Shown here: positions 7,706 through 14,846 of the stretch, piece after piece
Layout: each line of letters opens with the position of its first letter
How positions within the stretch are numbered: position 1 is the first letter of the stretch
IMG/VR virus record: IMGVR_UViG_3300033067_001409
Coordinates: 1 to 34,546 of that record
From: a virus
Taxonomy: Duplodnaviria; Caudoviricetes
Length of the DNA stretch: 34,546 nt
Reading direction: 5' to 3' (one strand)
Translations under genes and position numbers: made by a program
Notes under the pieces: model-generated
What the model was told of the DNA's origin: nothing
Seen by the model: only the letters and a program-made list of their open reading frames with translations
Databases searched by the model: none

Positions 7706-7924
7706 ATGGCCAACACAACACAAATACTTCGGGGTCTGGAAATCATAGATAAGTATGAGCCTGGTACCGAATTCGACACAGAATATAACCAGATATGGGC
7801 AGGAAGCGAAGACCTGCTTTTCCAAATGACTGAAGAAGAAGCCAAGATTATGGGCGAACAGGGTTGGTTTATAGATGATGATTTTGGCTGTTGGTCTCAT
7901 TACACCATAACAAATCAAAAATAA
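7706..7924 (+). CDS. Small acidic hypothetical protein
   Basis: 72 aa; TAATG overlap with the next gene. Confidence 0.65.
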   Translation: MANTTQILRGLEIIDKYEPGTEFDTEYNQIWAGSEDLLFQMTEEEAKIMGEQGWFIDDDFGCWSHYTITNQK

Positions 7925-8547
7925 TGTCACGCAGCATCGGAATAACTGACTTCCTGGAACGCAAGTTCATCACCCACGCCTTTAATGGCCCCTGGGCTGA
8001 TACTTTCGGCGAGCCGGAACGCAACATGAAGGTGATTATCTGGGGCCACCCTGGTCACGGCAAAACCGAGTTCTGTATCCAGTTTGCAAAGTATGTTTCC
8101 AGATTCACGAAGGTGTATTACAACTCCTACGAACAAGGGATTTGCAAAACCCTTCAGGACGCGCTCAAGCGCAACAACATGGGCGAGGTAGCAGGCCGGG
8201 TGGTGTTCGGCGACCAGGAGACATTCCCGGAAATGTTGGCCCGGTTGGATGGTAAGAACGCACCGCAGGTGTGCATCATTGATAGCCGGGACTACATCAA
8301 CCTGACCACCGAACAATTCAAGACGCTGATTGAGCGCCACCCTAGAAAATGCTTCGTGATTATCTGCTGGCAGTCAGGCAAGGACCCTCGGGGCGAATAT
8401 GCAAAGCAGATCGCCTATATGTGCGATGTAAAAATTCAGGTCCACAACTTCAAGGCATTCCCGCGCAGCCGATTCGGTGGGAATAAGCCTTTTGTAATCT
8501 GGGATAAAAGCCCGAAAGGTGGGCAACAAACTGCACTAGAGCTATGA
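7924..8547 (+). CDS. Second P-loop ATPase (RecA/KaiC-like)
   Basis: Walker A GHPGHGKT, YNSYEQG, Walker B CIIDS, C-terminal PRSRFGG. Confidence 0.85.
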   Translation: MSRSIGITDFLERKFITHAFNGPWADTFGEPERNMKVIIWGHPGHGKTEFCIQFAKYVSRFTKVYYNSYEQGICKTLQDALKRNNMGEVAGRVVFGDQETFPEMLARLDGKNAPQVCIIDSRDYINLTTEQFKTLIERHPRKCFVIICWQSGKDPRGEYAKQIAYMCDVKIQVHNFKAFPRSRFGGNKPFVIWDKSPKGGQQTALEL

Positions 8548-8705
8548 GCAAATTCACTTTGAACCTAAAAAAAATCCATAGTCCAAAGGCCAAGGAATTG
8601 ACAATTAAAGTTTTAAGTGGCAAGCAATTGACCCCTACGGAATGGGAAGTTTTATATAATGAAGGTGTGCGGAAAAGACCATCTAAACGGAAATTGAAGT
8701 CATGA
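8544..8705 (+). CDS. 53-aa basic protein (below the ORF-track cutoff)
   Basis: MSKFTLNLKKIHSPKAKELTIKVLSGKQLTPTEWEVLYNEGVRKRPSKRKLKS; ATGA overlaps at both ends. Confidence 0.7.
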   Translation: MSKFTLNLKKIHSPKAKELTIKVLSGKQLTPTEWEVLYNEGVRKRPSKRKLKS

Positions 8706-9025
8706 AAATAACGATTGAAACGGAAGAATGGCAATTGCTTGGCCAGGTCGCAAAGGAAACACTGCTTGGCAATGACTACCGCATCGACGAGTTGGCTTAC
8801 GTGATCCTAATCGAGTTTTATGCCGAAAATCTGGAAGCTTTCACTTTCCCTCAAAGCAGGAAACGAAAACTAAAAATAAGCCAGTGGCGGGCACTATGTA
8901 CCATTTTTATGACTGAGCGATTTCGAGGGGATCCGCTTTGGGACGTAACGCTGATTGGGATGCGAGAGAAGTTCAAGCCTAACACAGCAGAGCACCACAA
9001 CAAAATCACTGCATTAATTGGATGA
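8702..9025 (+). CDS. Hypothetical protein
   Basis: ATGA overlaps at both ends. Confidence 0.7.
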   Translation: MKITIETEEWQLLGQVAKETLLGNDYRIDELAYVILIEFYAENLEAFTFPQSRKRKLKISQWRALCTIFMTERFRGDPLWDVTLIGMREKFKPNTAEHHNKITALIG

Positions 9026-9255
9026 ACGCAAAACTATACAATAGAAAATTAAACGCGCTTCGCAGAGCGCAGGATGTTCAAACCTACTACCGCGAAGTTC
9101 GCGTAGAAGGTCAACCCGACGCCTATGTATGGAGAACTTACATCTACCCACGGTTCAAAATCAGCATGTCGCTATTCTACCTGTATTTAGGCATGCGCCC
9201 CGAAAACGAGATCAAAAAGCTAGAAGAAAAACAAACACAATGCTCTCTTTTTTGA
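9022..9255 (+). CDS. Small HTH-like DNA-binding protein; candidate late-gene activator
   Basis: AYVWRTYIYPRFKISMSLFYLYLG HTH-like segment; an activator role is inferred from position only. Confidence 0.6.
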   Translation: MNAKLYNRKLNALRRAQDVQTYYREVRVEGQPDAYVWRTYIYPRFKISMSLFYLYLGMRPENEIKKLEEKQTQCSLF

Positions 9256-9341
9256 TCGTCCCTTTGATCCTTTGGCTCTTTCACATCGCACTATTAACAG
9301 CTCTAATTTTAAGTCATGAAACAAACACACAAAATCAGTAA
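9240..9341 (+). CDS. 33-aa single-TM peptide
   Basis: MLSFLIVPLILWLFHIALLTALILSHETNTQNQ bridges two genes with overlaps. Confidence 0.4.
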   Translation: MLSFLIVPLILWLFHIALLTALILSHETNTQNQ

Positions 9342-9903
9342 TGCATTGCTTGCCATTATCTTTTTGAGCCTCGCAATGCTCACCCTGGCAGCACTAACGT
9401 CAAGCTGCACCCGCAAAATCAAAGTACAGGATCCACCACATGCCTACCCAGATTGGGACTCCACCAAAACGCCTTCAGAATGCTACATTACGGATACCTT
9501 AAACTGGATCCCATTCTATACTGCCTCCGGTACTACCCAGTGGTTCAGTCTTGATTCACTTATGAATTCTAAGGTTGTTGTGGATACGATCATAATCGCC
9601 GGGGAAGCTGTAGAGATCCACGACACAATACCATGCCCGGAGGGACTCACCAGCGATAGTATTGTATATCGAAATTTCACACGGTACCTGCCATCCAGAG
9701 CCGTTCCATTATCAATCACTGTTATGGATACCATTTGGCTCACAAAGCCCTGTCCACCTTGCCCGGTACTTCCTCCAGTGCAATCCAAGTCAGACGGCCT
9801 AAGCGGAGAAAGGATCGCGTGGATCAGCAGCATACTGGCCTTGCTCATTGGTTACTGGAGACAGTGGCGCAATCAAAGAAAAACCAGCACCGTAACTGGT
9901 TAA
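9316..9903 (+). CDS. Lipoprotein with a C-terminal TM helix (u-spanin topology)
   Basis: Signal II ...LAALTSS-C; beta-rich, Pro/Cys-containing middle; IAWISSILALLIGYW TM followed by a basic tail. Confidence 0.65.
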   Translation: MKQTHKISNALLAIIFLSLAMLTLAALTSSCTRKIKVQDPPHAYPDWDSTKTPSECYITDTLNWIPFYTASGTTQWFSLDSLMNSKVVVDTIIIAGEAVEIHDTIPCPEGLTSDSIVYRNFTRYLPSRAVPLSITVMDTIWLTKPCPPCPVLPPVQSKSDGLSGERIAWISSILALLIGYWRQWRNQRKTSTVTG

Positions 9904-9925
9904 GATCTCTAAAGTAGGGGTGGCA

Positions 9926-9992
9926 AGCATGAGCGCAATGGAGCGCTAAGGTCTTCGGATATAGGTGGGTTCGACTCCCATTCGTGCTACAA
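9926..9992 (+). ncRNA. tRNA-like element 3 (64 nt) with a collapsed anticodon arm (Arg-TCG-like loop)
   Basis: Acceptor AGCATGA/TCGTGCT; D-like arm GCGC-AATGGA-GCGC; CTTCGGA without a normal stem; T-arm GTGGG-TTCGACT-CCCAT; A then CAA. Confidence 0.62.
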
Positions 9993-10003
9993 ACAATTTT
10001 CAA

Positions 10004-10324
10004 ATGAACAGAATAATCACTTACCAGGTCTCCAAAGCTCAACTAGCTAAACTGAAGGATCTGCGGGGCACAGGCAGCTACAATACGCTGACCATTAAAA
10101 TCCCATTAAAGGCCCTTCTGGCCGGCAAGGATCTCTTAAAAAAAATGTACCCGGCTCCTGGAGACCTTAAGACCATCAACAGCATAGGCATTACCGACGC
10201 GCTGATCCTTACCTGCTACCTGAACTATTTGGTGAATGAAAAAACCGATACGGATGCTTACTTCATGTTCATGTTTGAAGTGAAGGGAAAAGGGGCAGTT
10301 GCTCCACAAATTGACAGCGAATGA
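10004..10324 (+). CDS. Hypothetical protein
   Basis: ATG 10004 just after the tRNA-like element; ATGA overlap downstream. Confidence 0.65.
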   Translation: MNRIITYQVSKAQLAKLKDLRGTGSYNTLTIKIPLKALLAGKDLLKKMYPAPGDLKTINSIGITDALILTCYLNYLVNEKTDTDAYFMFMFEVKGKGAVAPQIDSE

Positions 10325-10566
10325 AAAACAATAAAAAGGTAATTGCTCGATTTACAGGAAAAGGTTTCAAGCTTTCTAAAGGCGGGAAAATAGAACATTC
10401 AAGCACTCAGACCTATTTGGATAAAAATTCTTACCTGGCGTCAGAAGGCGATAGTACCGCCATGGATGTCCTTCAAGAATTTTCCAATGGTATCATGGAA
10501 GCCTTGAAAAATCATCGTGTCAAGCCAGGTAGCCTTCGGATTTCATTTCAAATACTGGAAAAATGA
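10321..10566 (+). CDS. Hypothetical protein
   Basis: ATGA overlaps at both ends. Confidence 0.65.
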   Translation: MKNNKKVIARFTGKGFKLSKGGKIEHSSTQTYLDKNSYLASEGDSTAMDVLQEFSNGIMEALKNHRVKPGSLRISFQILEK

Positions 10567-10682
10567 ACCAGTACGATTTCGACAACACAAACTACCCACG
10601 GAGTAAGTATGTGCTTCGGGCTAGGATCGTGCTGGCAGTGGTGGCTTTAGGGTTGATTGGCTTGTTTGTCTATTGGCAATAA
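10563..10682 (+). CDS. 39-aa single-TM peptide (below cutoff)
   Basis: MNQYDFDNTNYPRSKYVLRARIVLAVVALGLIGLFVYWQ; ATGA-coupled. Confidence 0.55.
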   Translation: MNQYDFDNTNYPRSKYVLRARIVLAVVALGLIGLFVYWQ

Positions 10683-11062
10683 CTGTGGTCAACATATACC
10701 TTTTTCCCATTCCCGTTGATGTAGTAGCAGCCGCCACGTGGCCCAGTGATATACTCGCTCTTGCTTGAGGTTTTTTTACTGCGTATTTTGGGTGCTGAAT
10801 ATGCCTTTGGTGCAAAAGAATTGGATGGTTCTGTAGTCTTCAAAGTTTCAAACTTCATTTTTTCAGGGCTGTATGCCTTCTTAGAAAGCGCTTTTGATTG
10901 CCATACAGTATCTCTAATAAATACCGTGTCCCTAACGTATATCGTTTTAGGCTTTGATGCCTCTGACAATGAAGTAACACAAAAAAGACAAGAAGTACAT
11001 TGGCCAAGCGAAATAAGTGCAATCCATGGCAAAGCTTTGGCTACGTCGAAATTAAGTTTCAT
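10670..11062 (-). CDS. Membrane-anchored or exported protein with a PBCV-type basic adaptor domain (moron)
   Basis: Hydrophobic N-terminus; C-terminal YITGPRGGCYYINGNGKKVYV motif. Confidence 0.75.
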   Translation of the reverse strand: MKLNFDVAKALPWIALISLGQCTSCLFCVTSLSEASKPKTIYVRDTVFIRDTVWQSKALSKKAYSPEKMKFETLKTTEPSNSFAPKAYSAPKIRSKKTSSKSEYITGPRGGCYYINGNGKKVYVDHSYCQ

Positions 11063-11144
11063 TCACCTGCGATTTTGTTTTCTAATCGCAAATACCATGC
11101 CCTTCACTATTTTTACTGACTTTAACCTTTAAACAGCATTAGAA

Positions 11145-11504
11145 ATGTCTTTTTTCAAATCCAACGACCAGCAAATCGAAGAAGTAAAAGCGTTTGTAGA
11201 TTCGTTACTCATGCCTGGAGAAGAAATCGAAAAACTTTTCAGACTTGGCATTGAGTTTGTCGCAATCACTAATAAGCGGTTGATTCTAAAGGATACAGAT
11301 AGTGTTATTTCGCGTAAGTCAAGCGTTACTACAATCCCACTTTCTAAGGTGTCTGCTGTAAGCTATGACCCACCGGTTTCCAAACTTGCACCAGGAATGC
11401 CAACACTGAAGATATTTGCCTCTGGAGTATCTGTGGATTTAAATGGCTTCAACCATGAGTTTGTAAAGGAAGCCTACAATTCAATATGTGCTAAAATATT
11501 GTAG
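11145..11504 (+). CDS. Bacterial PH-domain protein (moron)
   Basis: LLMPGEEI...VAITNKRLILKD...TIPLSKVSAVS is the bPH signature. Confidence 0.8.
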   Translation: MSFFKSNDQQIEEVKAFVDSLLMPGEEIEKLFRLGIEFVAITNKRLILKDTDSVISRKSSVTTIPLSKVSAVSYDPPVSKLAPGMPTLKIFASGVSVDLNGFNHEFVKEAYNSICAKIL

Positions 11505-11557
11505 CACTCCCAGCCTTAAGCCAAGGCGACAGCTAACGCATCAAAAAGCCTACAACC

Positions 11558-11597
11558 AAGAAAGCCCCCGGAGATCACTCTCCGGGGGCTTTCTTTT
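11558..11597. terminator. Bidirectional intrinsic terminator
   Basis: AAGAAAGCCCCCGGAGA-TCAC-TCTCCGGGGGCTTTCTT (17-bp perfect stem) between convergent genes. Confidence 0.9.
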
Positions 11598-12219
11598 ATA
11601 CCAAAACGCTGGTCTTTAAACAGGTCAGCAACTCAAAATCAAACGCCGGGGAAAGGTCGCTTTTGTCCTGCCTAACATTTCGGTGGCTGTAGATCGTGGC
11701 GCGATCGGGCGCGACCGGGTTAAAATCCATCCCGGTATAAACCGTTGGTTTTAGGTTGAATTGAGCCAACATGGCAGGGATCAGTTCATTGAGTGCGGCA
11801 TATTGCTCTGGAGTATATTTTGCCCACCATTCATATCCACGCCATGGATGTTGTACCCTTTCGCCCCGATATCTTGCCCCCAATTTACCAGGTGAAAAAT
11901 TCCAATAGGCTTTATCGTCTACCACTTTTAAGGGCCCTTCGTTTACGATCTCAATGCCAATGGATCGGCGGTTCAGCTCCAGGTTCCGATTGGTCTTTAG
12001 ACCAAGGTGATGCGCCCAAAACTTGGGGTCAAAAGCCTGGTAAATGGTGCCGTCTTTATCTATGACGAATGCCGTACCAACGCGGTCGGGCGTCATCTTC
12101 CACCAGGTCAATGCAGAGCTTGCTGTGCTACTAACCGTATGGTGGAGCACTATGTTCCTTTTTTGATAAACGCCCTGGTAGTATTGGTCGGTTCGAAGTT
12201 CAGCTTTTACAATTTTCAT
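11596..12219 (-). CDS. N-acetylmuramoyl-L-alanine amidase (endolysin)
   Basis: IVLHHT, WAHHLG, NRRSIGIEIVN, YSHRNV...KSDLSP: Amidase_2 zinc motifs. Confidence 0.88.
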   Translation of the reverse strand: MKIVKAELRTDQYYQGVYQKRNIVLHHTVSSTASSALTWWKMTPDRVGTAFVIDKDGTIYQAFDPKFWAHHLGLKTNRNLELNRRSIGIEIVNEGPLKVVDDKAYWNFSPGKLGARYRGERVQHPWRGYEWWAKYTPEQYAALNELIPAMLAQFNLKPTVYTGMDFNPVAPDRATIYSHRNVRQDKSDLSPAFDFELLTCLKTSVLV

Positions 12220-12247
12220 AGTGTTTGCTTTTACCGCCCGTAGGCAA

Positions 12248-12760
12248 TTATGGGATCAAGTCCGGATGAATGCAGAAGTCAGGGCCAATGCCCACAGTAC
12301 CTGGTACGTCATTCCATGGCACGTAGGGGCTGTCCGGAGCTTCCGGGTAGTGCAGCACCGCAAACGTCAGCCGATACACACGGTAATCGGCGCGACGATC
12401 GCGGGTAAAGCCTGTGTAAGTAAGCGCGGCAAAAGAGGTTCCGGCCAGCCCTTCGAGCGCAATGCGCACAGACTCCACCACGTCGAGGTGTTCCAGTGCT
12501 TCCGCTTTGAATACCGGGTTGGTTTTCGAGTGCGTCCGCTCCCGGAGCTTGAAGCCCAGGGTGATCTCCACGCTCAGCGTTTCTTGTACGCTCAGGTCGC
12601 TGCCCTGCTCCACGGTGTTGGCCGAGTAGTCAATCAAGGCGCATGGCCATGAGACGGGTGGTGGCGCTTCATTGAGCTGCCCCATGTCGAAGTCTACCCA
12701 CCGTATGGCTGTTACGGTGGCTGTCAGTTTGTCGCTGATGGCGGTGAATACCTCTTTCAT
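12248..12760 (-). CDS. Tail terminator, Mu gp37-like
   Basis: RWVDFDMGQL...PPVSWPCALID pattern; lies after the G-like gene. Confidence 0.65.
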   Translation of the reverse strand: MKEVFTAISDKLTATVTAIRWVDFDMGQLNEAPPPVSWPCALIDYSANTVEQGSDLSVQETLSVEITLGFKLRERTHSKTNPVFKAEALEHLDVVESVRIALEGLAGTSFAALTYTGFTRDRRADYRVYRLTFAVLHYPEAPDSPYVPWNDVPGTVGIGPDFCIHPDLIP

Positions 12761-13264
12761 CTAAAGCTTTTTTAAATGGTAATCGATGAGCTTCTTTGCC
12801 TTTTTGTTGATACGCTCGGTGAGCACTTTGCTTTCGCCAACGAATTGGCGCTTTGGCATCTTAAATCCAGAGCCTCTGCCAGCCCTCAATCCTTCATTAT
12901 GTACCCTTTCATATTCTAATGGGAATACAAATTCTACTGCACCATTCCGGGTACGGCCTTTTAATGCATGACCCTTCAACGTTGAGGTCTTCACTAGCAA
13001 GGCCCGCTTTTTCGCTCCTCGTTTAGCTTTACGTGATTTTAACCCTGCCGAGGCATCTTGAATACTGCTGTAATATCCACCTCTTAAATCTTCAATTCTT
13101 GGTTGCCACTTGTCGACTGGCGTATCAATAAAAGCCTCTGCTCGGAAGTTTTCGGCATGGATGCGCTCAGCCTCCACGGCAATCACGTCTCTGACGATCT
13201 CTTGCTCCAGCGCGGGCATTGCTGCTGCAAGCCGCTTAAAATAATCACTTGCTTTTTCGCTCAT
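12761..13264 (-). CDS. Virion morphogenesis / tail completion protein (Mu G-like)
   Basis: KWQPR...LLVKTSTL...YERVHNEG...KMPKRQFVGES; ATG 13264. Confidence 0.82.
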   Translation of the reverse strand: MSEKASDYFKRLAAAMPALEQEIVRDVIAVEAERIHAENFRAEAFIDTPVDKWQPRIEDLRGGYYSSIQDASAGLKSRKAKRGAKKRALLVKTSTLKGHALKGRTRNGAVEFVFPLEYERVHNEGLRAGRGSGFKMPKRQFVGESKVLTERINKKAKKLIDYHLKKL

Positions 13265-13278
13265 AGTATGTACTTTTG
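13249..13278 (+). promoter_or_regulatory. Antisense promoter inside the head operon
   Basis: TTG (13249-13251) - 19 nt - TACTTTTG (13271-13278). Confidence 0.6.
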
Positions 13279-13284
13279 TACTCG

Positions 13285-13345
13285 AAGTCCGGTGCCAGTG
13301 ACTGGTTTGCATAACCAGTAGGTAACACCGGGCTTTTTTATTTTT
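13285..13345 (+). ncRNA. Extended hairpin plus U-tract (sRNA or attenuator leader)
   Basis: Outer stem AAGTCCGGTG/CACCGGGCTT, inner ACTGGTT-TGCAT-AACCAGT, then TTTTTTATTTTT; starts about 6 nt after the -7 box. Confidence 0.55.
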
Positions 13346-13362
13346 AACCAAATCACGTTTTT

Positions 13363-13590
13363 ATGCAAAAGATCATCAACATCCTTACTACCACAGCGGG
13401 GCTTTCTCATGAAAAAGCAACGTTTAGTGAAATTCAAAACTTAGATCCTCTTTTTGCAGAGGGGTATAAGATCGTACAAATTATTTCCCATGGATTTGTT
13501 GCTGGCACGCTTGGTGTCATGATGACAATCGTTCTTGAAAAGCCGGATAAGATGCCGCCTGCAAAACCTCGGCGGGTAACTTCTTTTTAA
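13363..13590 (+). CDS. 75-aa protein, DUF4177-like, convergent on MuF
   Basis: LDPLFAEGYKIVQI...MTIVLEK pattern; its stop shares a TTAA with the MuF stop. Confidence 0.6.
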   Translation: MQKIINILTTTAGLSHEKATFSEIQNLDPLFAEGYKIVQIISHGFVAGTLGVMMTIVLEKPDKMPPAKPRRVTSF

Positions 13591-14789
13591 GGCCCTCCAA
13601 AATCAGGCTTGGTATCCGTGATGGCATGGATACCAAGCCTTTCTGTTTTATCGTCAAATACCTGCTTCCAGATGTTGATGTAATAATCAACCCCATCCAA
13701 AGTGATGGAGTAGTAGTACCAGGCCCTTACGGTGGCATGTTCACCGCTGTCTGCTACGGTACCCAGGTATTTGATTTTGTCCGCCAATGTGGCCAGGATG
13801 TATAGCAACTGGTTTCTGCTGGCAGATTGCCGGTGCGGTTTCCCAGTAACAGTCTTGACCTCCCCGTTTGTCATGCCCACAGGCTGGGGAAAGTGTGGTA
13901 GACGCAATGAGAAGTCAGTCTCTTTTGCCCACTCTCGAACCTCTTGCCGACTCACCTTTGCATGCATCCTGGCGGCATTGTCCCGGATCCGCTCCGCATC
14001 GAGCGCTGCCTGGTTGAAATAGGGGTGATCATCTCCAAACAGCTTTCCGGTTTTCCCGACATTTTGCCTGAATCCTTTCGGTGGCTCAAAATCTGCAGCT
14101 CCGCTTCCCGTTGTCGCTTCATCGGTCTGGATTACCTTACAACGGCAACGCCACCCGTTTGGCGGGTAATAAGTGTCCCAAAAGGGATCGTCCACCGGCC
14201 TTACTGTGCCGTCAAGGGATCGATGGCTTTCCCGAACGCGTTCATCTCCAGCCGTTTCGTACCGAAGGTTTGGGTATAGGTATTTGCGTCGTTCAAACTC
14301 CTGCCAGCTTTCAGCAGCCTGTGCCGCCTGTGTGGCTGTATCCAGTTCGGCGCGTAGGTAAAGCCCATTGTGCCGCTTCATAACACGCATGGCTTCTTTT
14401 TCCCACTCCTTGCGATCGCGCTTCCCATCTGTCCCCTGCAGCAACTTGCGCAGGTCGCCCGTGATGGTTGCCTGCTTATGTGCAGTGAAGTCTCGCAGGT
14501 TGCGCTCGATGCGCTGCATCATTTCCCATTCAGCTACGCCAGCTGCATCCTTAAACTGCTTACCCCAACCCGCCTCTGCGTGGTTTTTGAACCTACTGAA
14601 GTATTCCCTGAAAAGCCCTTCGTGCAGATCTGTCGTGGTGATCTTTTGCGTGTACACTGCTTCCAGATAATCACTCACCACATCAACGGGCATTTTACGC
14701 CATCGGATGTCAAGGCCACCCGCCTCCGCCAAGGCTACGGCGGGCAAGCAACCCGCACAGGTGCAGGTTGGCGGGTGTGCATGGTCCAA
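13587..14789 (-). CDS. MuF (SPP1 gp7-like) head protein with a C-terminal LPD3/BECR-like extension
   Basis: LRYETAGDERVRESH...YYPPNGWRCRC MuF motifs; ~115-aa extension ending WYYYSITLDGVDYYINI...IHAITD. The start is uncertain (TTG); the frame is open up to 14867. Confidence 0.88.
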   Translation of the reverse strand: MDHAHPPTCTCAGCLPAVALAEAGGLDIRWRKMPVDVVSDYLEAVYTQKITTTDLHEGLFREYFSRFKNHAEAGWGKQFKDAAGVAEWEMMQRIERNLRDFTAHKQATITGDLRKLLQGTDGKRDRKEWEKEAMRVMKRHNGLYLRAELDTATQAAQAAESWQEFERRKYLYPNLRYETAGDERVRESHRSLDGTVRPVDDPFWDTYYPPNGWRCRCKVIQTDEATTGSGAADFEPPKGFRQNVGKTGKLFGDDHPYFNQAALDAERIRDNAARMHAKVSRQEVREWAKETDFSLRLPHFPQPVGMTNGEVKTVTGKPHRQSASRNQLLYILATLADKIKYLGTVADSGEHATVRAWYYYSITLDGVDYYINIWKQVFDDKTERLGIHAITDTKPDFGGP

Positions 14790-14846
14790 GCCGTAGAGCG
14801 CGATTAAATCCAGCCCGCGCTGCGCACTACGGCTCAGGCTTTTTTT
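14789..14846 (-). other. Putative -1 ribosomal frameshift signal, portal to MuF
   Basis: GGA AAA AAA GCC TGA; heptamer A AAA AAA (14846-14840), spacer GCCTG, stem AGCCGTAG/CTACGGCT stacked on AGCGCGG/TCGCGCT. The -1 frame is the MuF frame. Confidence 0.7.

Noticed and set aside
9965-10003. GTG start giving MGSTPIRAT...
   Set aside because: This is the translated T-arm of tRNA-like element 3.
13265-13351. N-terminal extension of the G-like gene
   Set aside because: Overlaps the promoter and hairpin; ATG 13264 is more plausible.
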